A DNA stretch of 59,864 bases, the filler included, from Porpidia crustulata (lineage: Eukaryota), in assembly GCA_964255105.1 (NCBI GenBank). It is 2 parts of 2 records of this genome, joined end to end, with 100 filler letters (N's around TTAATTAATTAA, not from the genome) between each part and the next. Parts side by side here need not be neighbours in the genome. Positions count along the whole stretch, not along the records: positions 1 to 29,904 come from CAXUWE010000023.1; 1 more part is not named here. One strand, written 5' to 3'. Made by a program: the position numbers and the translations under genes. The notes below the pieces were generated by a model. That model saw nothing but the letters and a program-made list of their open reading frames with translations, did no database searches and was not told where the DNA came from. Positions within the stretch are counted from its first letter, which is position 1; the number at the start of each line of letters is the position of its first letter. Shown here in pieces: positions 10,157 to 19,825 of the stretch.

Positions 10157-12181
10157 TTACTCCTCCACTTCTTTAAGAGTGGTCAGGACGACATCGTACA
10201 AGCGTCCCGACCTGATCGACTCGTAGACCCGCGCGTTGTATAGCCCAATGCTCGGCGTGAGACCGTCCAGCGTCACGGCCTCGGTTGACGCTAGGTGCTC
10301 CTCGCCCAAGAACGGAACGCCGAGGTCCTCTCTAATGAAGCGGTATATGCGCAGCGAAGCTGGGCCAATGTACGGGGTCGCGTCGGGCGGGGCGTCCTTC
10401 CGGCCCTCAATCTCTATCGCGCGCAGGTCGAGCGCCTGACACAGCACCAAGAGGTGCGCCGAGGCGATCTGGGACAGCACGTCGACGGCCTCGAGTGTAT
10501 AGCGGGCGGAAACAAGCGCGAGGGAGTTGAGAGACTGGTTACCCATTTCGGCCGTCTGCACATGCGACCCAACGGGGTTGGCCAGAAAGCCCAACTCGGA
10601 CGTGAGGCCGGCAACGACCACGTCGAGCCCCTTGAACAGAAACGAGTCGTTGGGGTCGTCGGAGCACAGATTTGGCGGCAGGCCCCAGCTGGTGGTCGGG
10701 TTGATCATCTCGGTGCACTGGGCGAAAAGCATACGGCCGATGCTCTGCAGGCCCTGGCGCAGCTTCTCGGCCGCCGACGTGACGGCGCGCGCCTGGAAGT
10801 TACCGCCGTGGAACACGCGGCCTGTCGCCGTTTCGATCAGCGGATTGTCCGTCACCGAGTTCAGCTCGATTGTGAGCTGGTCGTGCGCCAGACAAAAATC
10901 TTCCAGCACGGGGCCGATCCACTGGCTGGCCGTGCGGATCGAATAGCGGTCCTGCCGTAGCGTCGCCTCGTTCTGGCTATCGTGCCGGTTCAGCAGCTGC
11001 GACCCGTTCAGGAACGCTTTGATATTTCGTGCACTATCCACCTGCCCAGGGTGCGGCCGCACTTGCGCAATGAACGGCTCGAAGCTCTCGTCACTACCAC
11101 GCAGCGCCTCCACGCTCATCGCCGTCAGCACCTGCGACAGCGCTGCGAGATTAAGGGACTCATGCGCCGCGAGAGCCGCCACGCCGGCCGACACAGCCGT
11201 GCCGTTGACGATGGCAAGGCCTTCTTTGGCGTGCAGACTGATAGGTGCTATGCCGGCCTCCTCCAGGGCGACATCGGCTCTCGTCACTCTCCTAGCGCCG
11301 TCGACGTCCCGTGGACCAGCGCAAGCCGTAGCGGATGACTTGCCTTGCATCACGGCGCCGATCCACGCGAGCGCGCTGAGGTCCCCCGATGCCGAGATGC
11401 TCCCACGGACGGGAATCCGTGGCACGACATCCTTATTCAAGAGGTTAACCAGGGAGTCCGCGATGTCGACCCGAATGCCCGACGCACCACCGGAGAGGGA
11501 ATTGAGGCGGATGATCATGGACGCCCGCGCCCATGACTCCGGCATGCAGGTAGCAGCGAGCGGGTCGTTGAGCGGAAGCGAACTTTTCACCAGCGTGCGT
11601 CGTCGTTGTTTTTTAAGGTCCTTGATGGGATCGGCCACGCCATTACTATGGCTGGGGTGGGTAACGCCGTTACTTTGGTCAAGGTGCGTTACGCCGTTGC
11701 TTCCATTACTTTGGCTAGGATGGGTAACGCCGTTGCTTTGGTCATGATGGGTTACGCCGTTGCTTCCATTGCTTTGGCCAGGATGGGTCACACCGTTGCT
11801 TTGATATAAATGTCCATTGCTCTTCCGGACGGGCTCCTGCTTACCGTCCGAAACGACTCCGCACGTCAGATGACTGATCAGGCTCTGCTGGACCCTCTCA
11901 ACGTCGTTGGATCTCGTATTAGCGCTGCCCCCGAATCCCGTGTTGACGCCGTATATGACATGGCCTTTGGCGACCTTCTCTGGGATGATCTTGCTGCACA
12001 CTTCGATGGCGTTGATGGACTCGGATGTGAGCTCCACATGTTTTAATTGTCTCGAGACTTCCACCACATCGGCGATGGTCAGGCTCCTTCCGTCAACGGC
12101 CAGAGTCGCCTTGGTGGGCAATGAAGGATCACGCCATTGTGAGAGGACTAAGCCTGTGAATGAGGACATTGAAGGGGCCAT
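10157..12181 (-). CDS. Aromatic amino-acid ammonia-lyase (PAL/TAL, MIO enzyme), intronless
   Basis: YGVNTGFGG, MIO motif SISASGDL (11384-11392), KEGLAIVNGT, RPHPGQ, LRQDRYSIR, SVTDNP, HGGNFQ, AEMGNQSLNSLAL. Likely ATG at 12181 (MAPSMSS). Confidence 0.97.
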   Translation of the reverse strand: MAPSMSSFTGLVLSQWRDPSLPTKATLAVDGRSLTIADVVEVSRQLKHVELTSESINAIEVCSKIIPEKVAKGHVIYGVNTGFGGSANTRSNDVERVQQSLISHLTCGVVSDGKQEPVRKSNGHLYQSNGVTHPGQSNGSNGVTHHDQSNGVTHPSQSNGSNGVTHLDQSNGVTHPSHSNGVADPIKDLKKQRRRTLVKSSLPLNDPLAATCMPESWARASMIIRLNSLSGGASGIRVDIADSLVNLLNKDVVPRIPVRGSISASGDLSALAWIGAVMQGKSSATACAGPRDVDGARRVTRADVALEEAGIAPISLHAKEGLAIVNGTAVSAGVAALAAHESLNLAALSQVLTAMSVEALRGSDESFEPFIAQVRPHPGQVDSARNIKAFLNGSQLLNRHDSQNEATLRQDRYSIRTASQWIGPVLEDFCLAHDQLTIELNSVTDNPLIETATGRVFHGGNFQARAVTSAAEKLRQGLQSIGRMLFAQCTEMINPTTSWGLPPNLCSDDPNDSFLFKGLDVVVAGLTSELGFLANPVGSHVQTAEMGNQSLNSLALVSARYTLEAVDVLSQIASAHLLVLCQALDLRAIEIEGRKDAPPDATPYIGPASLRIYRFIREDLGVPFLGEEHLASTEAVTLDGLTPSIGLYNARVYESIRSGRLYDVVLTTLKEVEE
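11636..11803 (-). repeat. Coding minisatellite inside the ammonia-lyase (63-bp / 21-aa period built from QSNGVTH subunits)
   Basis: QSNGVTHPGQSNGSNGVTHHD-QSNGVTHPSQSNGSNGVTHLD-QSNGVTHPSHSNGV. Confidence 0.9.
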
Positions 12182-12915
12182 GTTGATCCAGAACAAGGCG
12201 GGCAGTCAGAAATCCAAGGAAAAGGAGGGGACGATGAAAATACCTTTGTTATACATTCTTTCCCACTTGAAGGTGGCAATTTATAACATTTACTAAAGAC
12301 TTTAACTGCTTAGAAGCGTCATCGCAAGTACCATGAGCAACTATCACATCCGAGCTAGCTTTCCCCTACTTTGCATAACTAGTTTCACGAAGGAATCGAT
12401 GGGTGACGAGACTGTCAGCCGCCAGGGGCTGGGCAGGAGAGTGGGTCCACAAAAGGCTTGATCCTTGGGCTTAGCCTGCTTACGCTCGTGTATCGATCTC
12501 GGGCTTCTCCCGCATCATATGGCGAAGAGGCAAGCAATCCTTTACACGCCAACATGAACATCTTCTAGCGGCCGCACAGAGTACGTATGGTTCGGCCTTA
12601 CATTATGCAGGTCAGCTCAAATAAGCATGGCGAGGCAAGTAAAATCCTCAAGGCAGACCGCGGACCGCTGAGCGGCCTTTGGAGCCTTGTATATAGGCCG
12701 ATAAGGAGATATGAGAGACTCCGCCGTTATCCCGTTCCAAGCTTACCTTCCGATATTGCAGATCGATCCCGGGTTAGGCCGCTTGCTATCTTGGATACCT
12801 AGGTAGGCTGAACGAACGGCACGCTCTATCGTTTGCTAGCTGACTACAGTCGGTGAAGAAAACTAGCTTGATGAACTTCACTGTTATCAAAGCAAATGCG
12901 GTACCCGGAAGGGAA

Positions 12916-13232
12916 CCTTTTATACCTCAGGCGGTCTGAAATTTTTGTAAGTGCGCCAGTAGGGGGGATCCCGTCCGCTAAGCCACATTTTGTCTAGCGG
13001 TTTGGATTTCAAAAATCACGTTCAATTTGTCGTTTCACAACGCATCATTTTCAAAAGAGAAAAATATTTTAAAACAACGAGCAGATGTTTCAATTGATGA
13101 CGTGTCAGTTTTAAATATCTGAATATGTCGTTTTATGTTCAGTGTTTTACTTCAAAATATGATATTATGATCGCGGAAGAGCGATATATTAGTTTTTGAC
13201 CTAAAATTTTAGATCGTCTGAGGTATAAAAGG
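12916..13232. mobile_element. MITE-like element with ~30-bp terminal inverted repeats
   Basis: Left end ccttttatacctcaggcggtctgaaatttt matches the reverse complement of the right end, ccttttatacctcagacgatctaaaatttt (three G/A differences). Interior is AT-rich and non-coding. No clear TSD. Confidence 0.75.
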
Positions 13233-13416
13233 GGCCCCGAGAAGACCAAATCTGTATGTCGAATCACTGCTTGGTCGAAGTATGGCCTTTTGGGGATTCA
13301 TGATGTGCCTTGGCCTACCAATCACCAGATCGGCCAATCCTGACCATTGGGGGCTCTGGTTACATGGGCGATTTATAGATATGTTCATGGTCTATAACAC
13401 TCCCATGTTACAAATG

Positions 13417-14826
13417 TTACAGCATGGATGACTCTCTTGTCCCGTCGATACCATTGTGGGGTTTGACTCCATATCCATGGGTCTTGGAAAAGTTTTTCCA
13501 CGCCACTCGTCCACTTTCTGCAGCGTCGTACTCCCAGAGCCACTTGAACAGCTCATGATCTGCACCCGCACGAAATTTTGCATCGCGTTTCTCCTGGTCT
13601 GGGCCATCGGCAAAGGCAAATTTAGCCTTCTGGTCTAACGTGCGATGTCTGACATCCGAAGCTCGTGGTTTGCGAACCTCCTCGAACACCCTAAGGGCGT
13701 CCGGAATTTGGTCACGTCCCACCGGCAGGCTGAATATCCCTCCGAGGACTCCTGCATCCTCGAAGGCCTGTGCGGCACCCTGTGCGCTGAAGAGGAGTTA
13801 GCCAGTTCCATGATGAATAAAGAGACCATGGTTATACTTACAGGCATGGCAGTATTGCGTGAGCAGCGTCGCCAATCAGTACGAAGCGTCCACTCTCATG
13901 GCGCCATTGGGTCGGCTCATGGATCTGGAACAAAGTCCACTTGGTGCAAACAGACCCTTCCACATTGATAAGCTCATGAAGTACTGGGTCCCAGTCAGAG
14001 ATCTTGCTCCTGAACTCTTCTAGGTCTGCTCGCTGCGGCCCGTACATAACCTTGCCACTGCCACCCTCGGCATATACTAGGACTATATTAAGTATATCGT
14101 GCTGGATGAGGTACGAGACCACGTGTCCGCCTGATCCCATCCAAAAGTTGACGCTAGATCGTTTTTTCAGGTCCCAGGCTAGATGGTCTTCAGTTATATC
14201 TACTACAGGGACAGAGATCCGGTAGACGACATCGCCAGGACTGTAAGGAGGGTCCGCATGGCCCAACAGGATACCCCTACAGCGGGACCTCTCTCCGTCA
14301 GCACCCAGGATCACGTCTGCTTCATAAACCTCGCCGGTGGACAAACGGAGGGAGGGCTTGCTGAAATCGATCTCTTCGACGTCGCTGCCAAGTCTGACGT
14401 CTATCTTCTGCTTCCTCGCTCCGGACAACAAGGCTCTTAGGAGATCCGCACGATGAATCACGAGGTAAGGGGCCTTGTTGACCAGCCTCGGATCGGACAC
14501 GGGCGGAGACTGCGAGAGCACGTCTCCTCGATAGGAGCGGAACGTCCCGGCCTCGGGTCGGTCAGCGTACTTGAGGACCTCCTCAAGAACGCCCCAGCGT
14601 TGGAGCATCCGCGTAGCATTGGGTGCCAACTGAATTCCAGCGCCGATCTGTTAAAACTAAGTTAAAATAAGCTCGAATGTTATATCGAAAAGCATGAGAT
14701 TACCTCTTGTAGCTTAGAACTACGCTCGAACACTGTTACGCGGTGTCCAGCCTGAGCAAGAGCCAGTGCTGAAGCCAGTCCACTGAGACCGCAGCCCACA
14801 ACTAGGACACGACACTTGTACGCCAT
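13417..14826 (-). CDS. FAD-dependent aromatic monooxygenase (group A, salicylate hydroxylase / hydroxybenzoate 1-hydroxylase-like), 3 exons
   Basis: Exon 1 MAYKCRVLVVGCGLSGL (GxGxxG). IGAGIQLAPNATR, GADG motif, and LIGDAAHAILPCLAQGAAQAFEDA after splicing. Confidence 0.93.
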
Positions 14827-15390
14827 GTTAGGAATTGAAGGTGACAATTCCTTGTAGTTCCATAAGAATTTTAGAAAGATTATAACTTTGGTACTGGCCG
14901 TTTTTCAAAACAGGTACCTGGCGGGGAGAAAAAATACCGGCTTGGAAAATAACAGCAGGGTAAAAGTAACGGTTAAGTAATCTGATGCACATGAATTTTG
15001 TAGAACCCATTCCGCCTTTCCCGTGCTGACAATTATGCATAAGCCAGGATTATTTAGCATCCATCATGCATTTAGAGGCGGCCATAGTACTTCGAGTCTG
15101 TTGCGTGTCAGGGTGCCAATTGACTAGTTGTGATAACACGATCCATGATAACCACGCCTCACCGGCGCAGAACATAGGTATCATTGAAGTGAGCAATAGG
15201 GGGAAATATGCAAAAGTATACTGTCTATTTATGATCAAGAAAGAAAATTAATCTATCGGGAACATAATGGAACGGGCAGTCGAGCCATTCTATCTAGGGT
15301 ATGTGTTGTGGTTGTGTGATGAACCAAGTCTAGAGGAGGAAAAAGCCGCTCGATCACAGATCTATGTGGCCACCTCCGTCTATAGAATAA

Positions 15391-17041
15391 TCATACAAAG
15401 GCAGGAACAATTTCAGCTAAGCTCATTGTCGAGGATAATTTACTGCGATAGCTAATGTTATTCCACCCGGCGAGGTCATCCTGGGCCCAGGAAGCCTGCA
15501 GCAGTTTTTTACAATGATTGAAAGATCGCGACGAGCTCAGCTTCTCTGTCCGGAGGATGACGTCGAGGATACCGGCCCGTTGGTCATCAGTTCGCGACTC
15601 ACAGCCAATGATGTAAATGGGAAATTGCTGTTTACAGGAGCTCAGCCGGGGCAAGATAGCGAAGGCCTGGTCGATTTGCTGTTGCGTCCTAATGGGTTGG
15701 TCGATTAGGCCTTCGGAACATCGATTGAGATACAAGAGCATAGCAAGCTGGTATAGCTTCATCACCAACGTCGCATTACCGCTATCCTCTGTGACTTTTG
15801 GTATTGGTAGGCTCCTGATTCTCCAATCCAACACTTCTACGAAGTTCTTATGATCATGCACATCGTCGCTCGTTTCCGGCGAGGTTGCGCTGCTGGATAC
15901 TGTATCACATACTTGAGACAGCAGATTCAGCATGGAGAGAATGGGCGGCGGAAGATTGGAAATCTGGAATGTTAAACATCAGACCAACACGTCATGTAGT
16001 CATATAATCTGTATCATATACGAACCTGCGGACAGAAGTGATCTGTCGGAGTGAATGGGAGCTCCGGGGCCCCTTCTCTTTTCCAATGCAGTAGTGAAAA
16101 TCGAGCGCAAACATCGTGGTAGTGCAGCCAGTCCAGCAGGACGGCCACATCAGAGCTGAACTGAAGTAGTGTTTTGATAGAGGACGCGTTGATGACTGTC
16201 TTGACACCGTCGAGGTATTGCGTCCATTGACCTGAAGTACAGGATGCCTGGTGAACCTCAAACGAACAAAGCAACATCCCCGTGCCAATATGCTGAATAG
16301 CCCCTATCGCCCCAAAACTCGGCTCGAAAGATCCTTGCGCTAGGCTTCCCAGAGCAGCAATTTTTGCTTCGACGGCTTGGGGTTGTAAGCCGTAGCGATG
16401 TAGTGAAGAAAAGGCTATCAGCGCCTGGAATAGTGCCGCAGCCGAGGCCGTCTTCCCTTCCAGGCTAATTCGAAGCAGGATTTTTCCGAGCTTAGTGGTG
16501 TCTTGACCAAAGGTAGCCAGGGATGCGGACGCTACACAGCAAACTACACGTGGCGTACATGAACCTATCAGTACTCCCTTCCAATCTGTGACTAAGCTCG
16601 GTAGGTAGCTATACGGGATGTACGCAACATACAGTATTCAAGCAGATCTGAATCAAGAGTGTCCAGATCAGACTGGTTCCAGCACGTTGATGCGTCTAGA
16701 AAAGACAGGGTTCGTACCGGGACAGAGCCTGTCAGGTTGTGGTACAATTCCATATCCCAATGGGTTGTGTGAACAAACCGTGCATCTGAGATTCGGCCCT
16801 GCTTGGGAGACGACGGAAACGACTTGGAGACGACAGCACGCCGACGATCGTTGGCACCCGGCCAGGATAGCTTGAGGTTATGCCACAGGCATTTCCGATT
16901 GGATCGAGAGCAGTTTGTACAGTTCGGCTTGGTGCGATCGCAACTGATGGCACGACCTGGCCCGAATTAGTGGGCTTCCTACTTCTCCTGGGGCCGCGAC
17001 CACCTACCTTTACACGTGGCACAGCCGTTGAGGACAGGCAT
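15391..17041 (-). CDS. Zn(II)2Cys6 transcription factor with fungal-specific TF C-terminal domain (probable cluster regulator)
   Basis: Splicing the micro-exon MPVLNGCATCK onto GRAISCDRTKPNCTNCSRSNRKC gives a complete C6 cluster. Downstream MLLCSFEVH...WTQYLDG and FPIYIIGCESRTDDQR are typical of the Fungal_trans_2 type. Confidence 0.9.
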
Positions 17042-17075
17042 GTAGTACTAAATGTTCCGGATTGGATACTTGTAG

Positions 17076-17371
17076 TGCATAAGAACAGGACTCGGTGGAC
17101 GGTCTTATATTTGCAAAGTTGCCATTTGCACGGCTTCGGCGTTACACTACCTTAGCGAACACAGGAAGCTGACTGTGTCATGTAAGGGCGGTCAAGTACG
17201 CTTTCTGTGAGATGTTCAGGGTCGGTTACCTGCATTGCATAAGAGCAGGGTTCGGTGAACGCCTTATGTTTGTAAAGTTGCCATCTGCACTGCTTCGACG
17301 TTAGACTACCTTAGCGGACATAGGAAGCTGACTGTTTCATGTGGTGGCAGTCAAGTACGCTTTCTGTGAGA
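17076..17371. repeat. Tandem duplication (160-bp period, ~135 bp conserved) just upstream of the TF start codon
   Basis: tgcataagaacagg...tacgctttctgtgaga at 17076-17211 and again at 17236-17371, with scattered substitutions. Confidence 0.88.
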
Positions 17372-18630
17372 CATACTTGTAAAGTATTTGGTTGGTTATG
17401 TCGTTTCATCCAAAGCTGACGATCAAATGCCGCATGGAGACAGGGTGCATACCGCTGGCAATGCACACTCTGACACAAGGTACCCATTTTGTAATTATAA
17501 CCATTTTGAAAGACTTGGCAACAGGCAACAGGCAACCATAGAGTAAGTTGCCGAAACAAACGCCAACCATAAATTGCCGAAACAGACGCCAACCGTCGAC
17601 TTTCAAGGTTCCGAGATCGCAGTTTGCTCCACGTCCAGTTGCTAATTGGCATAGCTCGTGTTGGCGAATCAGGTGGCAGCAATTAGGCAATTGGTCAACA
17701 TAAAGCATTTGTTATGGTGATCGTTTATATTGATGTAGATGGTAAATATGAAAGGGGTTCTGGAGAGGTGAAAACTCTGCATTCCTACTAGCGCTAAATA
17801 AGCGAGATGATAGGGCTAGCCTGGTAGGGCCGGAAACTTCCAACCCAGTATCAGCACTAAAATGGAGCGCTGTATGCCAACAGCTCGTAAGACTTATCAA
17901 CAAGTGCGAGCACAAGCCTGCGTGCCTGTATCCCGGATTCGCATGCGTGTCCTCCTCGGATCATAGTCGGAGTCTGACACACTATAGTGATCTTCAAAGA
18001 AAAAGAAGAAGTGGAAGCTGGCAGAAGTAGGAAAGGCGGTAAGTTCGAGAGAGATGATCTGCCAAGGCTTGCCTTGTGTGATGCAATGTAACGTCAGGTC
18101 TGTAGAAATGGCAAGTTCATAAATATCATGCAAATGTTAAAGCTCCGAAAAGGCGGCTTATCAGCGGCTAACACACCAACTTTACGTCCGCGCCCTTACA
18201 AAGTACTACGGTAAGTTCCAGAATCACACAACAGGGGCGGAAGCAGGGAGCTTGATTGGTCAGCATCCTCGTCCCGCCCCCTGTCCCCGAGAGCGTACTA
18301 ACAATCATTATGGGACCTACCGTAGTACAAAGTAATATCACAATCCTCAAGCCGCGCGGCGCCGAAAGAGCTCTTTTGAAGCTGAAGATTGGCTATCTTG
18401 TAGCTTCGATGAAGGCTTATACCTTCAAAAGTGACTGACGATCCCACAAGTCCTGGACTTTGCTCTCGGAAGCTGTGTGCAAGACATTCACCCTTGGTGG
18501 AAGTCTAATGTGTCAGCACGGCCAAATATACGCTCTAGAGCGTCAGCTAAGCTGATACCGACCTCAGCCCGAGGCTTCCAATCTGGGCTGAGCCTCAGCC
18601 AAAGCGCCAGGGCTCACATCTGTTGTACGT

Positions 18631-18879
18631 CACGCGGGTGAAGAAAAAACCGATTGTTAGGAGGTTCATCCGCCCTGAAGAATTTCATCAAATTTACAAG
18701 CAAATCTGATTCAAATTTATTAAAATAACGATTATAATAAGTCACAACACGTAATCTATCGAGAGTCTGATTAGTTATTTTCTTATTAAAGCTTATGGTG
18801 TAATAAATTTGATGAGATTTCTTGTGGCGGGTCTGATGGATGAAACCTTTGAACTATCAGTTTTTCCTTCACACGCGTG
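18631..18879. mobile_element. Foldback/MITE-like element with long imperfect TIRs
   Basis: cacgcgggtgaagaaaaaaccgattgtt...ttcatcaaattta pairs with taaatttgatgaga...aactatcagtttttccttcacacgcgtg. AT-rich core. Confidence 0.75.
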
Positions 18880-18885
18880 TATGTG

Positions 18886-19098
18886 AAGAAGTTGTGTTTT
18901 CTGACCGAGCAACGTTATCCTGGCCGAGCTAAAGAAGTTGTGTTTTCTGACCGAGCAACGTTATTCTGGCCGAGCCAAAGAAGCAAAGATAATACAAAGG
19001 ATAGATTTTCTTTTTGAAACACCGAGGTCAATAATTGAAAATGAGGTATGGTTTTATTTAGCTTCGCCAGAATAATATTGTTTGGTCAGAAAACGTAA
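18886..19098. mobile_element. Second MITE-like element abutting the first; its left TIR is tandemly duplicated (46 bp x2)
   Basis: aagaagttgtgttttctgaccgagcaacgttat(c/t)ctggccgagc at 18886 and 18932. Inverted copy ttagcttcgccagaataatattgtttggtcagaaaacgtaa at 19058-19098. Confidence 0.75.
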
Positions 19099-19825
19099 TA
19101 AAACACACCCTGGCCATCCGCAAACGACTCTGGGCTCAGATGCGCTGAGCTCCAGTACGAGCTGAGCTATTCTTAGCAGCCCAGTCAGCTCGAGCTACAG
19201 CTCACTCTGGGTTATTTACCGCTCTGGTTGTTTGGATTACATAGTAGGTGGAGATAGGAGTACAGTACCGTCTCATATCAATTATACTAATCTAATCAAG
19301 GTGAAACCAGGGATTCAGTAGCATATATTCTTATCTTGCCTTATCTTGCAGGCTGCAGGAACAATAACCCGGCCACGTGCGATAATCAGCTAGGAACCAC
19401 AGCCTCGGGCCTCGTTTATACTCGTGATGAAGCATTGCTCAATCAATCAGGCTTGGTCTGACTGGAAGCCTGGAATTCGTATCCAAATTGAGGAGTGGCG
19501 ATCACAAGATCTTCCAGCCGTCAGCCACACGATCAGTCGTCCCGTCCGAACGTGCTATGCTGATGGGCTGTGCCTTGAAACGGGCTGGGATTCATTGTGC
19601 CGTCCCAACGTTGCTTTGCTGATTGGCACTGGCTCGGAGAGGAGGGAGACTTCGAGCGGCGTGGTAATGGACTAAATCCCGAGATTGGAATTGGTCGTAA
19701 GCCCAGCGCGAGGATTTCGGTGGCAATTCTGAGTCAAGACTACAAAAGCAGACGCTCGATGGAGAAAAAGAAATGCATTCCACATCTTACAATTGTTACT
19801 ACAGCACGACCGCAACGAAGCAGAA

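Noticed and set aside
10236..12296. Long plus-strand ORFs (221 aa, 242 aa and others)
   Set aside because: Antisense shadows of the GC-rich lyase gene with no recognisable motifs.
14870..14985. Weak inverted repeat upstream of the FMO
   Set aside because: The arms align only with many gaps, so it cannot be distinguished from chance.
18886..18983. CRISPR-like repeat
   Set aside because: Two adjacent 46-bp copies without a spacer in a fungal genome; better explained as a duplicated TIR.
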